Positions 1-9,959 are shown, numbered from the stretch's first letter. The stretch is 64,000 nucleotides of DNA from Gammaproteobacteria bacterium (GCA_036271575.1 DATBAJ010000060.1:5579-69578); one strand, 5' to 3'. Notes: generated by a model from the letters alone, not told the origin. Made by a program: numbers and translations.

Positions 1-609
1 CTCGCGCTTCTGGGGCGGGCGCTCCAGCTTCAGGCGCCACATGAGCACGGCCGCGACGACGAAGAGCAACCCCGACACGCCATACACCACGCCGGCGCCT
101 GCTACATACAGGAAGCCGCCGAGCGCGGGGCCCACGATCATGGCGGTCATGCTGGCGGAGGAGCCGGCGGCCATGGCGCGGGACAGGAGCGGGGGCGGCA
201 CCATGCTGGGCAGGAGCGCCTGCATGGTGGGGAACTCGAAGGCCCGGGCACAGCCGATGGCGAACACGATGCCGAGGATGGCGGGCTCGTCGAACCAGTT
301 GAGCCAGCTGCCGACCGCCAGCAGCAGCGTGGCGATGCCTTCGATGGCCTGGCAGATGAACACGATGCGGCGCCGTTCGAAGATGTCCGCCACGTGTCCG
401 GCCGGCAAGGCCAGCACGAAGGAGGGGATGAACTGCACCAGGCCGATGATGCCGAGATCCAGTGCCCGATGGGTGATGTCGTAGATCTGCCACCCTACCG
501 CCACCGAGAGCATCTGGAAGGCGAACATGGAGTTCAGGCGCGAGCACCAGTACTCCAGGAAACCCGGATGACGGAACAGGGCGGGCTCGGCGCGGTCGTC
601 GGCGTTCAT
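1..609 (-). CDS. MFS transporter (5' part; runs off window start)
   Basis: Manual translation from ATG 609: MNADDRAEPALFRHPGF...LPAGHVADIFERRRIV (MFS motif A), multiple TM segments, 'IVGPALGGFL'. Confidence 0.85.
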   Translation of the reverse strand, partial: MNADDRAEPALFRHPGFLEYWCSRLNSMFAFQMLSVAVGWQIYDITHRALDLGIIGLVQFIPSFVLALPAGHVADIFERRRIVFICQAIEGIATLLLAVGSWLNWFDEPAILGIVFAIGCARAFEFPTMQALLPSMVPPPLLSRAMAAGSSASMTAMIVGPALGGFLYVAGAGVVYGVSGLLFVVAAVLMWRLKLERPPQKRE

Positions 610-622
610 TGGTGTCCTGGGA

Positions 623-1441
623 TCAGTGTTGCATGACGGCGATCTGCGGGATCACTTGCGCTGCGCCCGCGTCCCACATGGGCCAGTCGTGGCCGCCTTT
701 CACTTCGATGAAATGCTCAGGTGGCAAGAGCGGCGCCATGAGCTTGGCGGCTTCCAGCAGGCGATCGGTGTCGCCGCACACCAGCCACACACGCTGCGCT
801 TCAGTGGGGTCTTGCCAGCTCTTCACCACGCGCCACATCTCCAATTGATAATTATCAGCGGTCAGGGCCGCGGGCTTGGGGCCGGGATCCCAATGCGCCG
901 GGCCGCCGGCAGCGGTGATCTGTGCGAGGGTGGCAGGGTCGCCCATGTAAGGCGCGTACAACACGATGCCGGTGACATCGCGGGGATAGGCGCGTTCGTA
1001 GAGCAGGGTGCCCATGCCACCCATGGAGGCGCCGGTGAGCCAGATCTGCCGATAGCCACGTGTTCGCGCTGGGAGGATGACCTCATCGTGCAGTCGCTGT
1101 TGTACGTGACCCTCGGCGTAGTAGGGGAGGGTCGCGCCGGCCAGCAGCACATCGGCCTCGGGCCAGGCTTTCTGGATGGTCTCGGCCATGCCGGTCTTGG
1201 CGAGGTCATCCAGGTCGTCACCGCGGCCGGGTAACACCACCACCAGCACGGGCGAGGCACCCGGCCGGGGAGCGGGGATCAGCTTCTGGGGGATCGGCCC
1301 GTCGGGCCTACGCAGGGAGGCGCAGCCCAACAACACGAGCCCCATGGCCACGACGCTCGCAAACGCGCGCAGCCGGACGATGTGAAGCCGGTTCGGAGGT
1401 TTAGGCACGGAATCCCTTGGGGGGCGGGCGTTGCCGGCCAA
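623..1441 (-). CDS. Alpha/beta-hydrolase (esterase-like), probable lipoprotein; true start probably downstream of 1441
   Basis: GASMGG nucleophile elbow, 'GGHDW' His motif, lipobox-like 'VLLGC'. Confidence 0.75.
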   Translation of the reverse strand: MAGNARPPRDSVPKPPNRLHIVRLRAFASVVAMGLVLLGCASLRRPDGPIPQKLIPAPRPGASPVLVVVLPGRGDDLDDLAKTGMAETIQKAWPEADVLLAGATLPYYAEGHVQQRLHDEVILPARTRGYRQIWLTGASMGGMGTLLYERAYPRDVTGIVLYAPYMGDPATLAQITAAGGPAHWDPGPKPAALTADNYQLEMWRVVKSWQDPTEAQRVWLVCGDTDRLLEAAKLMAPLLPPEHFIEVKGGHDWPMWDAGAAQVIPQIAVMQH

Positions 1442-1618
1442 TTATAAGCGTGGCGGGGACTTAGCCTGGGAAAGGTCGCAGACTGTACTAAGTAGCTAGT
1501 AAGACGAGGTTCCAACCTTATGTCAGGTCTGCTAAATTCTTACTACTGCCCGGGCCTGCCTAGTCTGCCCGGAACCCATTGAATCCCTTAATTAAATAAT
1601 CGAGCCAGGGGTCCTGCC

Positions 1619-2395
1619 ATGAAAAAGACACGCTTCTCCGTCGTGCTGGCGCTTGCGCTCGCGGCGGTCACGCTCGGCTTAGGGGCTGCGCCCGCACCCA
1701 GCAAGGTGCAGACTGCGGTGACCGCCCAGGAACAGCTCGACAAGAACGCGGCGGCTTCGCAGAAGAAGATCGACGCCACCTCGGGCAACACCCAGGACAT
1801 GCTCAACAGCTACCTGAGCGTGACCCAGCAGACCGACGAACTGCGTGCTTACGACGACCAATTGCAGCAGATCGTGCAGGCTCAGCAGGACCAGATCACC
1901 TCCCTCGGCCAGCAGATATCGCTGGTGGGCGGCACCCGCGACAGCGTGCTGCCGCTCTTGCTGCAGATGACCGACAGCCTCACCCAGTTCATCAAGCTCG
2001 ACCTGCCCTACCGCCAGGACGAGCGCCTGGCGCGCGTGCAGCAGGTGCGTGCCGCCATCAGCAGCGCCACCGTGCCGGTGACGGACAAGTTCCAGCGCCT
2101 GGTGCAGGCCTACAACGACGAGATCGCGGCAGGCCGCAGCGTGGAGGCCTTCCGCGGCGAAGTGTCCGAGAACGGCAAGGCACTGACCGTGAACTTCCTG
2201 CGCGTGGGTCATCTGCTGCTGGCCTATCAGACCCTGGATCGCAGCGAGACCGGCTACTGGGACAAGCAGGGCCGCAAATGGCAGGTGGCGAACGACTACA
2301 AGAACGCGGTGGCCAACGCCATCGCGGTCGCCAACAAGGAGGCGGCGCCGAACCTCATGGAACTGCCGGTGCAGGCCCCGGAGGTGTCGAAATGA
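1619..2395 (+). CDS. DUF3450-like periplasmic coiled-coil protein (TtpB-like)
   Basis: Signal peptide, Q-rich coiled coil, 'DLPY..ERLAR', 'FLRVGHLLLAYQT'; first gene of a ttpC-exbB-tonB-TPR type operon. Confidence 0.8.
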   Translation: MKKTRFSVVLALALAAVTLGLGAAPAPSKVQTAVTAQEQLDKNAAASQKKIDATSGNTQDMLNSYLSVTQQTDELRAYDDQLQQIVQAQQDQITSLGQQISLVGGTRDSVLPLLLQMTDSLTQFIKLDLPYRQDERLARVQQVRAAISSATVPVTDKFQRLVQAYNDEIAAGRSVEAFRGEVSENGKALTVNFLRVGHLLLAYQTLDRSETGYWDKQGRKWQVANDYKNAVANAIAVANKEAAPNLMELPVQAPEVSK

Positions 2396-3756
2396 GCATC
2401 TCCCACATGAAGATCGCAGCGCTCCTCGCGGCCCTGACCCTCAGCGGTTCAGTCTATGCCGCGCCCCAGGCCACCAGCCTCGACCAACTGTTAGATCAGG
2501 TGAAGAGCGCCTCGCAGCAGAACACGGGTCAGAACCAGCAACGTGAAGCGCAGTTCCGCAATGCGGCGGACCAGCAGGCGCAGATCCTGGCCTCCGCCAA
2601 GCAGGCGCTGGCGCAGGAAGCGGCCAACGAACAACAGCTGGAAGCCAAGTTCGAGTCGAACAAGAAGGCACTGGACGACCTCAACACCCAGATCCGCAGC
2701 CGCGAAGGCGACTACAGCCAGGTGTTCGACCAGGTGCGTCAGGCCGCCGGCAGCTTCAAGACCGTCCTGGATGCCTCGCTGGTCTCGACCCAGTATCCGG
2801 GCCGCGGCGTGTTCCTGGCGAAGCTCGCCGAGAGCTCCGACCTGCCGACCCCGGACGACCTGCACAAGCTCTGGTTCCTGATGCAGCAGGAGCTGACCGC
2901 GGAAGGCCAGGTAGCCAAGTTCGGCGCCACCGTGAGCCATGAGGACGGTTCCTCGGAGCAGGCCGGCGTGGTGCGTGTCGGCGTGTTCACCGCCGTGAAC
3001 GGCAACAACTTCCTGCGTTACGTGCCTGAGACCGGTGCCTTGGTGCAGCCGGAACGCCAGCCAGACAGCCATTGGCGCGATCTGGCCGGCAGCTTGTCCG
3101 GTGCGTCGAGCGGCGTGCAGGCCATGGCGGTGGATACCTCCGGCGGCGACCTCTTGCGCAGCCTTGCCAACCAGCCGTCCTTCATGGAGCGGGTGGCCCA
3201 GGGTCACACCACCGGTTGGATCATCATCGTGCTCGGCTTCGTCGGCCTGCTCATCATCCTGGAGCGCGGCGCTTATCTGGTGCTGGTGGGTGGCAAGATC
3301 AAGACCCAGATGGGTTCCAGCAAGGCCGACCTCGGCAATCCCCTGGGGCGCATCCTGTCGGTGTTCAACGAGAGCAAGGCGGATGACGCCGACACCCTCG
3401 GTCTGCGCCTGGACGAGACCTTGCTCCGGGAACGCCCGGTGATCGAAGCGCGCCTCGGCCTCTTGCGCATCCTGGCGCTGGTCGCGGTGCTGCTCGGCAT
3501 CCTCGGCACCGTGGCGGGTGTGATGAATACCTTCCAGACCATGAACCTGTTCGGCAGCGGCGGCACGCAGGTGGCCACCGGCATCGGCTCGGCCCTGGTG
3601 CCGACCTGGCTTGGCCTGCTGGTGGCGGTGATCCTGCTGTTCTTCCACGGCATGCTGACCGCGCGCAGTGGGCAGCTGATGCACATGCTGGAAGAGCAGA
3701 GCGCCTCCATCCTGGCGGCCCGCGCCGAGAAACTGGCGGCGGCCAAGGCGCGCTGA
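2392..3756 (+). CDS. Long MotA/TolQ/ExbB-family protein (TtpC-like)
   Basis: ATG 2392 overlaps upstream stop; signal peptide, large periplasmic domain, C-terminal 3-TM module 'LLGILGTVAGVMNTF...SALVPT'. Confidence 0.8.
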   Translation: MSISHMKIAALLAALTLSGSVYAAPQATSLDQLLDQVKSASQQNTGQNQQREAQFRNAADQQAQILASAKQALAQEAANEQQLEAKFESNKKALDDLNTQIRSREGDYSQVFDQVRQAAGSFKTVLDASLVSTQYPGRGVFLAKLAESSDLPTPDDLHKLWFLMQQELTAEGQVAKFGATVSHEDGSSEQAGVVRVGVFTAVNGNNFLRYVPETGALVQPERQPDSHWRDLAGSLSGASSGVQAMAVDTSGGDLLRSLANQPSFMERVAQGHTTGWIIIVLGFVGLLIILERGAYLVLVGGKIKTQMGSSKADLGNPLGRILSVFNESKADDADTLGLRLDETLLRERPVIEARLGLLRILALVAVLLGILGTVAGVMNTFQTMNLFGSGGTQVATGIGSALVPTWLGLLVAVILLFFHGMLTARSGQLMHMLEEQSASILAARAEKLAAAKAR

Positions 3757-4280
3757 TGCAGGCGCTGCAGGACCTCTTCAGCGGCCTCGGCAACCTGTTC
3801 GCCGCGGGCGGCGTGGTGTGGCTATTGCTGCTGCTGGCGGTGGCGTTGTGGACGCTGATCGCCGAGCGTTTCTGGTATTTCCTGTTCGTATATCCGGCCG
3901 CGCAGGAGATCGCGCTGCGCCGTTGGAAGCGTTACGAGAAAGCGGACCTGCGTTCTGCGCGGCGTGCCCGCAAGCAGATCGTGGCCAGCGTGTTCGCCGA
4001 GACCCACCGCTCCGTGGGCTTCATCCAGTCGCTGGTGGTGGTGATGTTCCTGCTGGGCGTATTCGGCGCAGTGGGTGGCGTGATGCGGGTACTGGAGTCG
4101 CAATCCTTGGGAGGTGCTGCGGGCCAGCTGCGCGTGGCCGGCGGCATCCTGGCTGCCGCAGTCCCGCTGCTGGCGGCCGGCGCGCTGGTGCTGGTGGCAT
4201 TGTTCTTCACTCGTGCCCTCAGCGACCGCGCCGACCAGGAGACCCGTCTCCTGGCCGACAAACTGCGGCGGGGTGGATAG
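3756..4280 (+). CDS. Short, divergent ExbB/TolQ-family protein
   Basis: 'LWTLIAERFW' TM1 motif, three hydrophobic segments, operon position. Confidence 0.7.
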   Translation: MQALQDLFSGLGNLFAAGGVVWLLLLLAVALWTLIAERFWYFLFVYPAAQEIALRRWKRYEKADLRSARRARKQIVASVFAETHRSVGFIQSLVVVMFLLGVFGAVGGVMRVLESQSLGGAAGQLRVAGGILAAAVPLLAAGALVLVALFFTRALSDRADQETRLLADKLRRGG

Positions 4281-4283
4281 GCC

Positions 4284-4952
4284 ATGCTGCGTTACGCCGG
4301 ATCCCTCGCCTTTGGCCTGCTCATGGTGCTGACCGTGCTGGTCGCCATGCAGAGCCTGGTGGTGGGCCGCCAGTTCCAGCTGAACGCCGGCGGCAGCGCC
4401 GATACCAGCAGCATCGTGAACCTGAACAACGTGGCGCCCGTGGCGCTGCAGATCGGCGCCTTGCCGCCCAAGCCCGGTGCCAACCGTGCACCGGCGCTGC
4501 CCGAAGATCCGGTGCTGGCGCGTGTCGCGCCGGCGGACCTGCCGCTGCCGGCCTTAGGCCTGCCGGCGTACAAGCCGCAGTTCGCGACCGGCGCCACCCA
4601 GAGCGTGGCGGAGAGCGAGACCGAAAATACCCAGACCGCGCCGGCGAGCGGCACGGCGCCCAGCGCGCAACCGGTGCTGGCGGTGGGCAACATCGTGCTG
4701 GTGGAACGCGTGGATCCCAAGTTCCCGCCCCAGGCGATCCGCGATGACATCAGCTCGGGTTCCGTGACCGTGAAGTTCACGGTGCAGACCGACGGCAGCG
4801 TGACGAATCCCACCGTGACCGATGCCAAGCCGCGCCGCGGCGTCTTCGACGACGCGGCCCTGCGCGCCGTGGCGCGGTGGAAGTTCCAGCCCATCCCCGC
4901 GCCGCGTGACACCTCGGTGGTGGTGGAGTTCAACCGCGGAGGTGGCGGATGA
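4284..4952 (+). CDS. tonB: TonB-family energy transducer
   Basis: N-terminal TM, Pro-rich linker, TonB_C 'PKFP..A...GSVTVKFTV..DGSV...FDDAALRAVARWKF'. Confidence 0.85.
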   Translation: MLRYAGSLAFGLLMVLTVLVAMQSLVVGRQFQLNAGGSADTSSIVNLNNVAPVALQIGALPPKPGANRAPALPEDPVLARVAPADLPLPALGLPAYKPQFATGATQSVAESETENTQTAPASGTAPSAQPVLAVGNIVLVERVDPKFPPQAIRDDISSGSVTVKFTVQTDGSVTNPTVTDAKPRRGVFDDAALRAVARWKFQPIPAPRDTSVVVEFNRGGGG

Positions 4953-6169
4953 CCCGTTCGCGCTTGCTGCTGGCGACAGTGGTCGCGGCGCTCGGCTTAG
5001 GGCTGACGACGCTCGCCGCCGCCGACACCATCCTCAACCAGGGCTCCATCTCCAGTGCCCTGTTCCGCAAGATGCGTTCCGTGCAGAACCAGATACGCGC
5101 CGGCCAATACCCGGACGCGGCCCAGCAGTTGAACTACCTGCAGGGCGTGACCACCAATGCCTACGAGGCGGCGGTGGTGCGCGAACTCACCGCGGACCTG
5201 TACGTGGCGCGCGGCGATTTCGCCAACGCGCTCTCGACGCTGCAGCCGGCGGTACAGCAGAACATCCTGCCGGGTTCGGAACAGCGCGAGGCGCAACTGA
5301 CGCTCGGCAAGCTGCTGGTGGCGAACGGCCAATATCAGCCGGGTCTCGACATGCTGCGTAACTCCCTGCAAGGGCAGGAGAACCCGCCGCCCGACGTGCT
5401 GATGGCCCTGGCCCAGGGCTACGCCCAGTCCGGTCAATGCCGGCAGGCGGCACCCGAGGCCAAACGCGCCATCGACAGCGCCGCGGATTCGCCGTCCGAG
5501 TGGTATCAGCTGCTGATCTCCTGCCTGTATCAGGAGCACGACTACGCGGGCGCCGCGGAGCAGCTGGAAGCGGTGTTGTCCCGTTATCCCGATCAGACCC
5601 AGTACTGGGCGCAACTCGGCAATGCCTATGCCCAGGCGGGCGATGCCTCCAGGGCGCTGGCCGTGTACGCGTTGATGTACCGCCAGGGGCTGATCCGCCA
5701 GTCCCAGGATTATCTGAACCTGGCCTCGCTGTACGCCCAGAACAGCGTGCCCTACCAGTCGGCGCTGGTGCTGCAGGAAGGCCTGCAATCCGGCGCGGTG
5801 GCGGCGAGCGAGGCGAACTTCACGCTGCTGGCGAACGCTTGGCAGGACGCGGGCGACCTCGACCGTGCAGTCGCAGCGCTCGGTGAAGCCGAGAAGCAGT
5901 CCAAGAGCGGCGACCCGCTGGTGGCGCAGGCGCAGATCTACACCGAACGGCATGAGTGGTTCTCGGCCATCGACAGCGCGAAGAAGGCCATCAGCAAGGG
6001 CGGCTTGAAGCGGCCCGGCCGCGCCTGGCTGCTGCAGGGTATCGCCGAGGTGCAGAACCGCCAGTACGACGAAGGTACCGCGGCGCTGCGTGAGGCGGCG
6101 AAATACGACGAGTCCCGCGCCCAGGCGGAAGCCTGGCTGCACTACCTCAGCGTACGCAACTCAGGCTGA
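4949..6169 (+). CDS. Periplasmic TPR-repeat protein (TtpD-like)
   Basis: Signal peptide, repeated TPR-like helices, follows tonB. Confidence 0.8.
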   Translation: MTRSRLLLATVVAALGLGLTTLAAADTILNQGSISSALFRKMRSVQNQIRAGQYPDAAQQLNYLQGVTTNAYEAAVVRELTADLYVARGDFANALSTLQPAVQQNILPGSEQREAQLTLGKLLVANGQYQPGLDMLRNSLQGQENPPPDVLMALAQGYAQSGQCRQAAPEAKRAIDSAADSPSEWYQLLISCLYQEHDYAGAAEQLEAVLSRYPDQTQYWAQLGNAYAQAGDASRALAVYALMYRQGLIRQSQDYLNLASLYAQNSVPYQSALVLQEGLQSGAVAASEANFTLLANAWQDAGDLDRAVAALGEAEKQSKSGDPLVAQAQIYTERHEWFSAIDSAKKAISKGGLKRPGRAWLLQGIAEVQNRQYDEGTAALREAAKYDESRAQAEAWLHYLSVRNSG

Positions 6170-6925
6170 AGCGGACTCGTCGTCCATGCCGGCGCCGGCG
6201 TGGTCAGGTTCGCCGCAGTGGATGAGCACCTGGGCACGCACATCGTCCCGCAGCTTGCGTGCCGCGTCGCCGTTGCGCGCCACGGGCTGGATCGCGGGCA
6301 ACACCTGCACTTCGAGATCGCCGCGGCGCGGCGCCCAGACATGGGCCGGCAGGATCCGGCGCGCACCGCGGATGGCGATGGGCACCACCGGCAGGCCGCC
6401 GCGGGTTGCGGCCATGAAGCCTCCCAGGTGGAAGCTGCGCAGTCCGGGTTCCGCGACGAAGGTGCCTTCCGGGAACACGCCGAGACACGTGCCTTCGTTG
6501 GCGCGTTTGATGATGCGGGATGCGTCGCTGCGGGCCGCATCTTTGTCGAAGCGGTCCACGAACTCCGAACCCAGCCGGTGCAGCATCCAACCCACCACCG
6601 GCACCTTGGTGATCTCGCGCTTGATGACGAAGCCGAAACGCGGCGGCAGGGCGGCGGTGAGGATGATGCCGTCCAGGTAACTGGCGTGATTGGCGGCCAC
6701 GATGCAGGCTGCGGGCAGGTTCTCCAGGCCCTCGACCTTCAGGCCGATCCCCGCCATATGGAACACGGCCCGGGCGGCCAGGCGAGCCAGCTGCCGGCGC
6801 CGGTTTCGGCCGGGCAGAGGGATCAACAGGAACATACAGGGCACGGCGATGAGCAGCATCGCCAACCAGCCCCGAAGGGAAGCCAATAGATTCAATGACT
6901 TAGGGGAGGGCGCGAGGAGGAGCAT
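6161..6925 (-). CDS. plsC: 1-acyl-sn-glycerol-3-phosphate acyltransferase family
   Basis: NHASYLD (HxxxxD) and FPEGT motifs. Confidence 0.85.
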   Translation of the reverse strand: MLLLAPSPKSLNLLASLRGWLAMLLIAVPCMFLLIPLPGRNRRRQLARLAARAVFHMAGIGLKVEGLENLPAACIVAANHASYLDGIILTAALPPRFGFVIKREITKVPVVGWMLHRLGSEFVDRFDKDAARSDASRIIKRANEGTCLGVFPEGTFVAEPGLRSFHLGGFMAATRGGLPVVPIAIRGARRILPAHVWAPRRGDLEVQVLPAIQPVARNGDAARKLRDDVRAQVLIHCGEPDHAGAGMDDESASA

Positions 6926-7020
6926 TGCTTAAGTGAGTATCGGGTCTTGCAGGCCCCAGGACAAGCGGGGCACTCAGGTGATTTCCCGGTTATTGTCAAA
7001 ATGGTGTATATTTGACATAT

Positions 7021-7042
7021 AAATGTGAACCGTATCACGGTG
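7021..7042. promoter_or_regulatory. CRP/Clp-family-like binding site in plsC/xerD divergent intergenic region
   Basis: AAATGTGA-ACCGTA-TCACG, one mismatch to TGTGA-N6-TCACA, in an AT-rich spacer. Confidence 0.5.
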
Positions 7043-7130
7043 TTAAGTGGCAAAAGCACCGAGACTTGGCCAACCCGAAATGGAAGACGGGCGTTTAGTT
7101 GGCACACGAAATTATAGAAAGGGAATTGCC

Positions 7131-8102
7131 ATGAGTGAAAAACAGCTTATCAATTCGACGCCGGTCCCGGGCAGTGCCCCGGTCCCGATGCCCATGCCCG
7201 TCTCCGATACCGGCCATAATCAGCCGGACGTCGAGCGTTTCCTGGATTCCATGTGGAGCGAGCGCGGACTCTCCGAGAACACGCTGGCTGCCTATCGCGC
7301 CGATCTGTCGGGTCTTGGCCGCTGGCTTGAAGGCCAGGGCGTGGAACTGATGGACGCGCAGCGCGAACATCTGCTGGCCTTCCTGGCCTGGCGTGTGCAG
7401 CAGGGTGCGCGTCCGCGCTCCACGGCGCGCCAACTGTCCAGCATCCGCCGCTTCTATCGTCACATGCTGCGCGAAGGCCGCCTCTCCGAGGATCCGACCA
7501 CGCGCATCGACATGCCCAAGCTCGGCCGGCCGCTGCCGAAGTCCCTGAGCGAAGGCGAAGTGGAGTCGCTGCTGCGCGCTCCGGACGTGGCCGAGCCGCT
7601 CGGCATCCGCGACCGTGCCATGCTCGAGCTCCTGTACGCCACCGGCCTGCGCGTGTCCGAACTGGTCAGCGTGCGCATGTCCCAGGTCAACCTGAAGCAG
7701 GGCGTGGTGCGCGTGGTCGGCAAGGGCAACCGCGAGCGCCTGGTGCCGGTGGGCGAGGAAGCCACCAAGTGGATCGAGAAATTCCTGACCGACGCGCGCC
7801 TGGACATCTTGGGTGGCCGTCAGTCGGATTACCTGTTCCCGACCCGTCGCAGCGACTACATGACGCGCCAGGCCTTCTGGCACATCATCAAGCGTTACGC
7901 CGAGATCGCCAACATCCCCGCCTCGCTGTCGCCGCACACCCTGCGGCACGCTTTCGCGACCCATCTCCTGAACCATGGCGCCGACCTGCGCGTGGTGCAG
8001 ATGCTCCTGGGCCACAGCGACGTGTCCACCACGCAGATCTATACGCACGTGGCGCGTGAGCGTCTCAAGGATGTGCACTCGAAGCATCATCCGAGAGGTT
8101 AA
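7131..8102 (+). CDS. xerD: Tyrosine recombinase XerD
   Basis: 'ERGLSENTLAAYR', 'LYATGLRVSEL', 'SPHTLRHAFATHLLNHGADLRVVQMLLGH', 'TTQIYTHV'; upstream of dsbC. Confidence 0.95.
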   Translation: MSEKQLINSTPVPGSAPVPMPMPVSDTGHNQPDVERFLDSMWSERGLSENTLAAYRADLSGLGRWLEGQGVELMDAQREHLLAFLAWRVQQGARPRSTARQLSSIRRFYRHMLREGRLSEDPTTRIDMPKLGRPLPKSLSEGEVESLLRAPDVAEPLGIRDRAMLELLYATGLRVSELVSVRMSQVNLKQGVVRVVGKGNRERLVPVGEEATKWIEKFLTDARLDILGGRQSDYLFPTRRSDYMTRQAFWHIIKRYAEIANIPASLSPHTLRHAFATHLLNHGADLRVVQMLLGHSDVSTTQIYTHVARERLKDVHSKHHPRG

Positions 8103-8122
8103 AAGCCTCCGGGTGTAAGATC

Positions 8123-8150
8123 AAAGGGCCGCAGCGATGCGGCCCTTTTT
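8123..8150 (+). terminator. Intrinsic terminator after xerD
   Basis: AAAGGGCCGCA-GCGA-TGCGGCCCTTTTT hairpin plus U-tract. Confidence 0.8.
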
Positions 8151-8295
8151 CTTGATCTTTGAAAAAGCCCGTCCTTGGGCTTCTTCACTCGGCGAGCCCG
8201 ATACATGCTCGGGCTCGCCTCCGCCGAATCCGTCGCTGTCGGGGCGCCGGATTCGCGGGCGGCGCTCCCGGCGCCGCTTCCACATCGGGGATGTA

Positions 8296-9018
8296 ATGGG
8301 GCGCTTGGTATTGCTATCGCTGCTGCTTGCCTTATCGGTGCCGGCCTTCGGTGACGATGCCTCTCTGCGTCTCGCCAAGCAGTTGCGGGTGGATCCCAAG
8401 GACGTGACTGCCACCGGCATCGCCGGCCTGTATCGCGTGACCCTGGGACCGCAGATCCTCTATCTCACCGCCGACGGCAGATATGCCCTGCGGGGCGACT
8501 TGATAGAACTCAGCAGCGGACGCGATTTGAGCGCCGAGGACCGGGCCGCGGCACGCGTGGCCTACCTCGCCGGCATCGGTGAGAAGGACATGATCGTGTT
8601 CCCGGTGCCGCATCCACGCCACGTGCTGACGGTGCTCACCGACATCGACTGCGCCTATTGCCGGCAACTGGCCGGCGATATGCCGCGGCTCCTGGCCTCG
8701 GGCGTGGAGCTGCGCTACCTCGCCTATCCGCGCAGCGGCCTGGATTCGCCGTCCTGGGCCAAGGCGGTGGCGGTGTGGTGCGCCAAGGACCGGCGAGCTG
8801 CTTACCGCTCCGCCATGCAGGGCAACGCCGTCGCGGCGGCAGCGGACTGTGACCCGTCGGCGGTGCTGACGGGGTATGACTTCGCCACCAAACTCGGCTT
8901 GCAGGGTACGCCGATCATCATCACCGAAGACGGCCGGCTCATCGCTGGCTATCTGCCGCCGGAGGATCTGGTGAAACTGTTGGACGATCCGGCGGCGCTG
9001 GCTGCGCGGGGCGGTTAG
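8296..9018 (+). CDS. dsbC: DsbC-family thiol:disulfide isomerase
   Basis: Signal peptide, dimerisation domain, 'TDIDCAYC', 'GTP' cis-Pro loop; xerD-dsbC synteny. Confidence 0.88.
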   Translation: MGRLVLLSLLLALSVPAFGDDASLRLAKQLRVDPKDVTATGIAGLYRVTLGPQILYLTADGRYALRGDLIELSSGRDLSAEDRAAARVAYLAGIGEKDMIVFPVPHPRHVLTVLTDIDCAYCRQLAGDMPRLLASGVELRYLAYPRSGLDSPSWAKAVAVWCAKDRRAAYRSAMQGNAVAAAADCDPSAVLTGYDFATKLGLQGTPIIITEDGRLIAGYLPPEDLVKLLDDPAALAARGG

Positions 9019-9338
9019 CGTTCGAGCAGGTCTTTCTTGCCGGGCTTGCCTTCCCATTCCTTGGCGTCGGCAGGGGCGGGTTTCTGCCGGGTGATCACCG
9101 GCCAACCTAAAGCCAGCTCGGCGTTCAGTTTCTTGAAGCCCTTCTGGTCGTCAGGCAGGTCGTCTTCCGAATAGATGGCGTTGATGGGGCATTCCGGTTC
9201 GCACAGGGTGCAGTCGATGCACTCCTCGGGGTCGATGACCAGGAAGTTCGGGCCTTCATGGAAGCAGTCTACCGGGCAGACTTCCACGCAGTCCGTGTAC
9301 TTGCACTTGATGCAGTTCTCGGTGACGACGAAGGCCAT
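9015..9338 (-). CDS. fdxA: 7Fe ferredoxin (FdxA type)
   Basis: [26 protein letters not shown]...[12 protein letters not shown]; real start ATG 9338 inside the longer called ORF. Confidence 0.95.
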   Translation of the reverse strand: MAFVVTENCIKCKYTDCVEVCPVDCFHEGPNFLVIDPEECIDCTLCEPECPINAIYSEDDLPDDQKGFKKLNAELALGWPVITRQKPAPADAKEWEGKPGKKDLLER

Positions 9339-9391
9339 GGCGTGCTCCTGCTTATCCCAGGCGATTTTGCCACAAGCGCGGGCGCGCCGCT

Positions 9392-9934
9392 TCAGCGCAG
9401 AGCGCCCTTGTGCCAAGTGGTGATATGGAAACCGAAGCGGCCGAGGCGCCGGTCTTCGAAGTAGCGCTCCAGCGTGAAACGGATACTGGGGAAGGCGATC
9501 TCCTCCCAGGGTATATCCGTTTCCTGCACCAGCCTGGTGTCCAGGCTCTCGGCGCCCGGGGCGTGGCGGCCGTCTTTCAGCATGCCGCGGAACAGAAGGT
9601 GTACCTGGTCCACATGGGGCACGTTCACCAGGGCGAAGGGCTTGAGGTCCACCGCTTCGGCCATGGCTTCTTCGGCGGTCTCGCGGGCCGCGGCCGCCTC
9701 GGTGGTCTCGCCGTTCTCCATGAAACCCGCCGGCAGGGTCCAGAAACCGGCACGCGGTTCGATGGCGCGCTTGCAGATGAGGATCTCGCGCTGCCATTCG
9801 GCGACGCAGCCGGCCACGATCTTCGGGTTTTGGTAGTGGATGATGCCGCAGGCGCCGCAGACATATCGCGGCAGGTGATCGCCGGGGGGGATGCTTAGAC
9901 TGACTTCGCGACCGCAGTTGCTGCAGAATTTCAT
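9392..9934 (-). CDS. NUDIX hydrolase with N-terminal Zn ribbon
   Basis: CSNC...CGAC plus Nudix box '[21 protein letters not shown]'. Confidence 0.92.
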   Translation of the reverse strand: MKFCSNCGREVSLSIPPGDHLPRYVCGACGIIHYQNPKIVAGCVAEWQREILICKRAIEPRAGFWTLPAGFMENGETTEAAAARETAEEAMAEAVDLKPFALVNVPHVDQVHLLFRGMLKDGRHAPGAESLDTRLVQETDIPWEEIAFPSIRFTLERYFEDRRLGRFGFHITTWHKGALR

Positions 9935-9943
9935 GAGCAGTAT

Positions 9944-9959
9944 TGGTACCCGGAGAGGG
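9944..9959 (-). repeat. Direct repeat of the tRNA-Leu 3' end (15/16 identical)
   Basis: TGGTACCCGGAGAGGG vs TGGTGCCCGGAGAGGG at 10075-10090. Confidence 0.7.

Noticed and set aside
7099..7116. TGGCAC as sigma-54 -24 box before xerD
   Set aside because: No GC at the -12 position.
7131..8102. Tyrosine recombinase as integrase of a T6SS genomic island
   Set aside because: Sequence and dsbC synteny match housekeeping XerD. The tRNA 3' end points away from the T6SS, and I saw no att repeat on the far side of the cluster.
9015..9797. 260-aa ferredoxin fusion
   Set aside because: The N-terminal part overlaps the NUDIX gene out of frame; an RBS and ATG at 9338 give a standard 107-aa FdxA.
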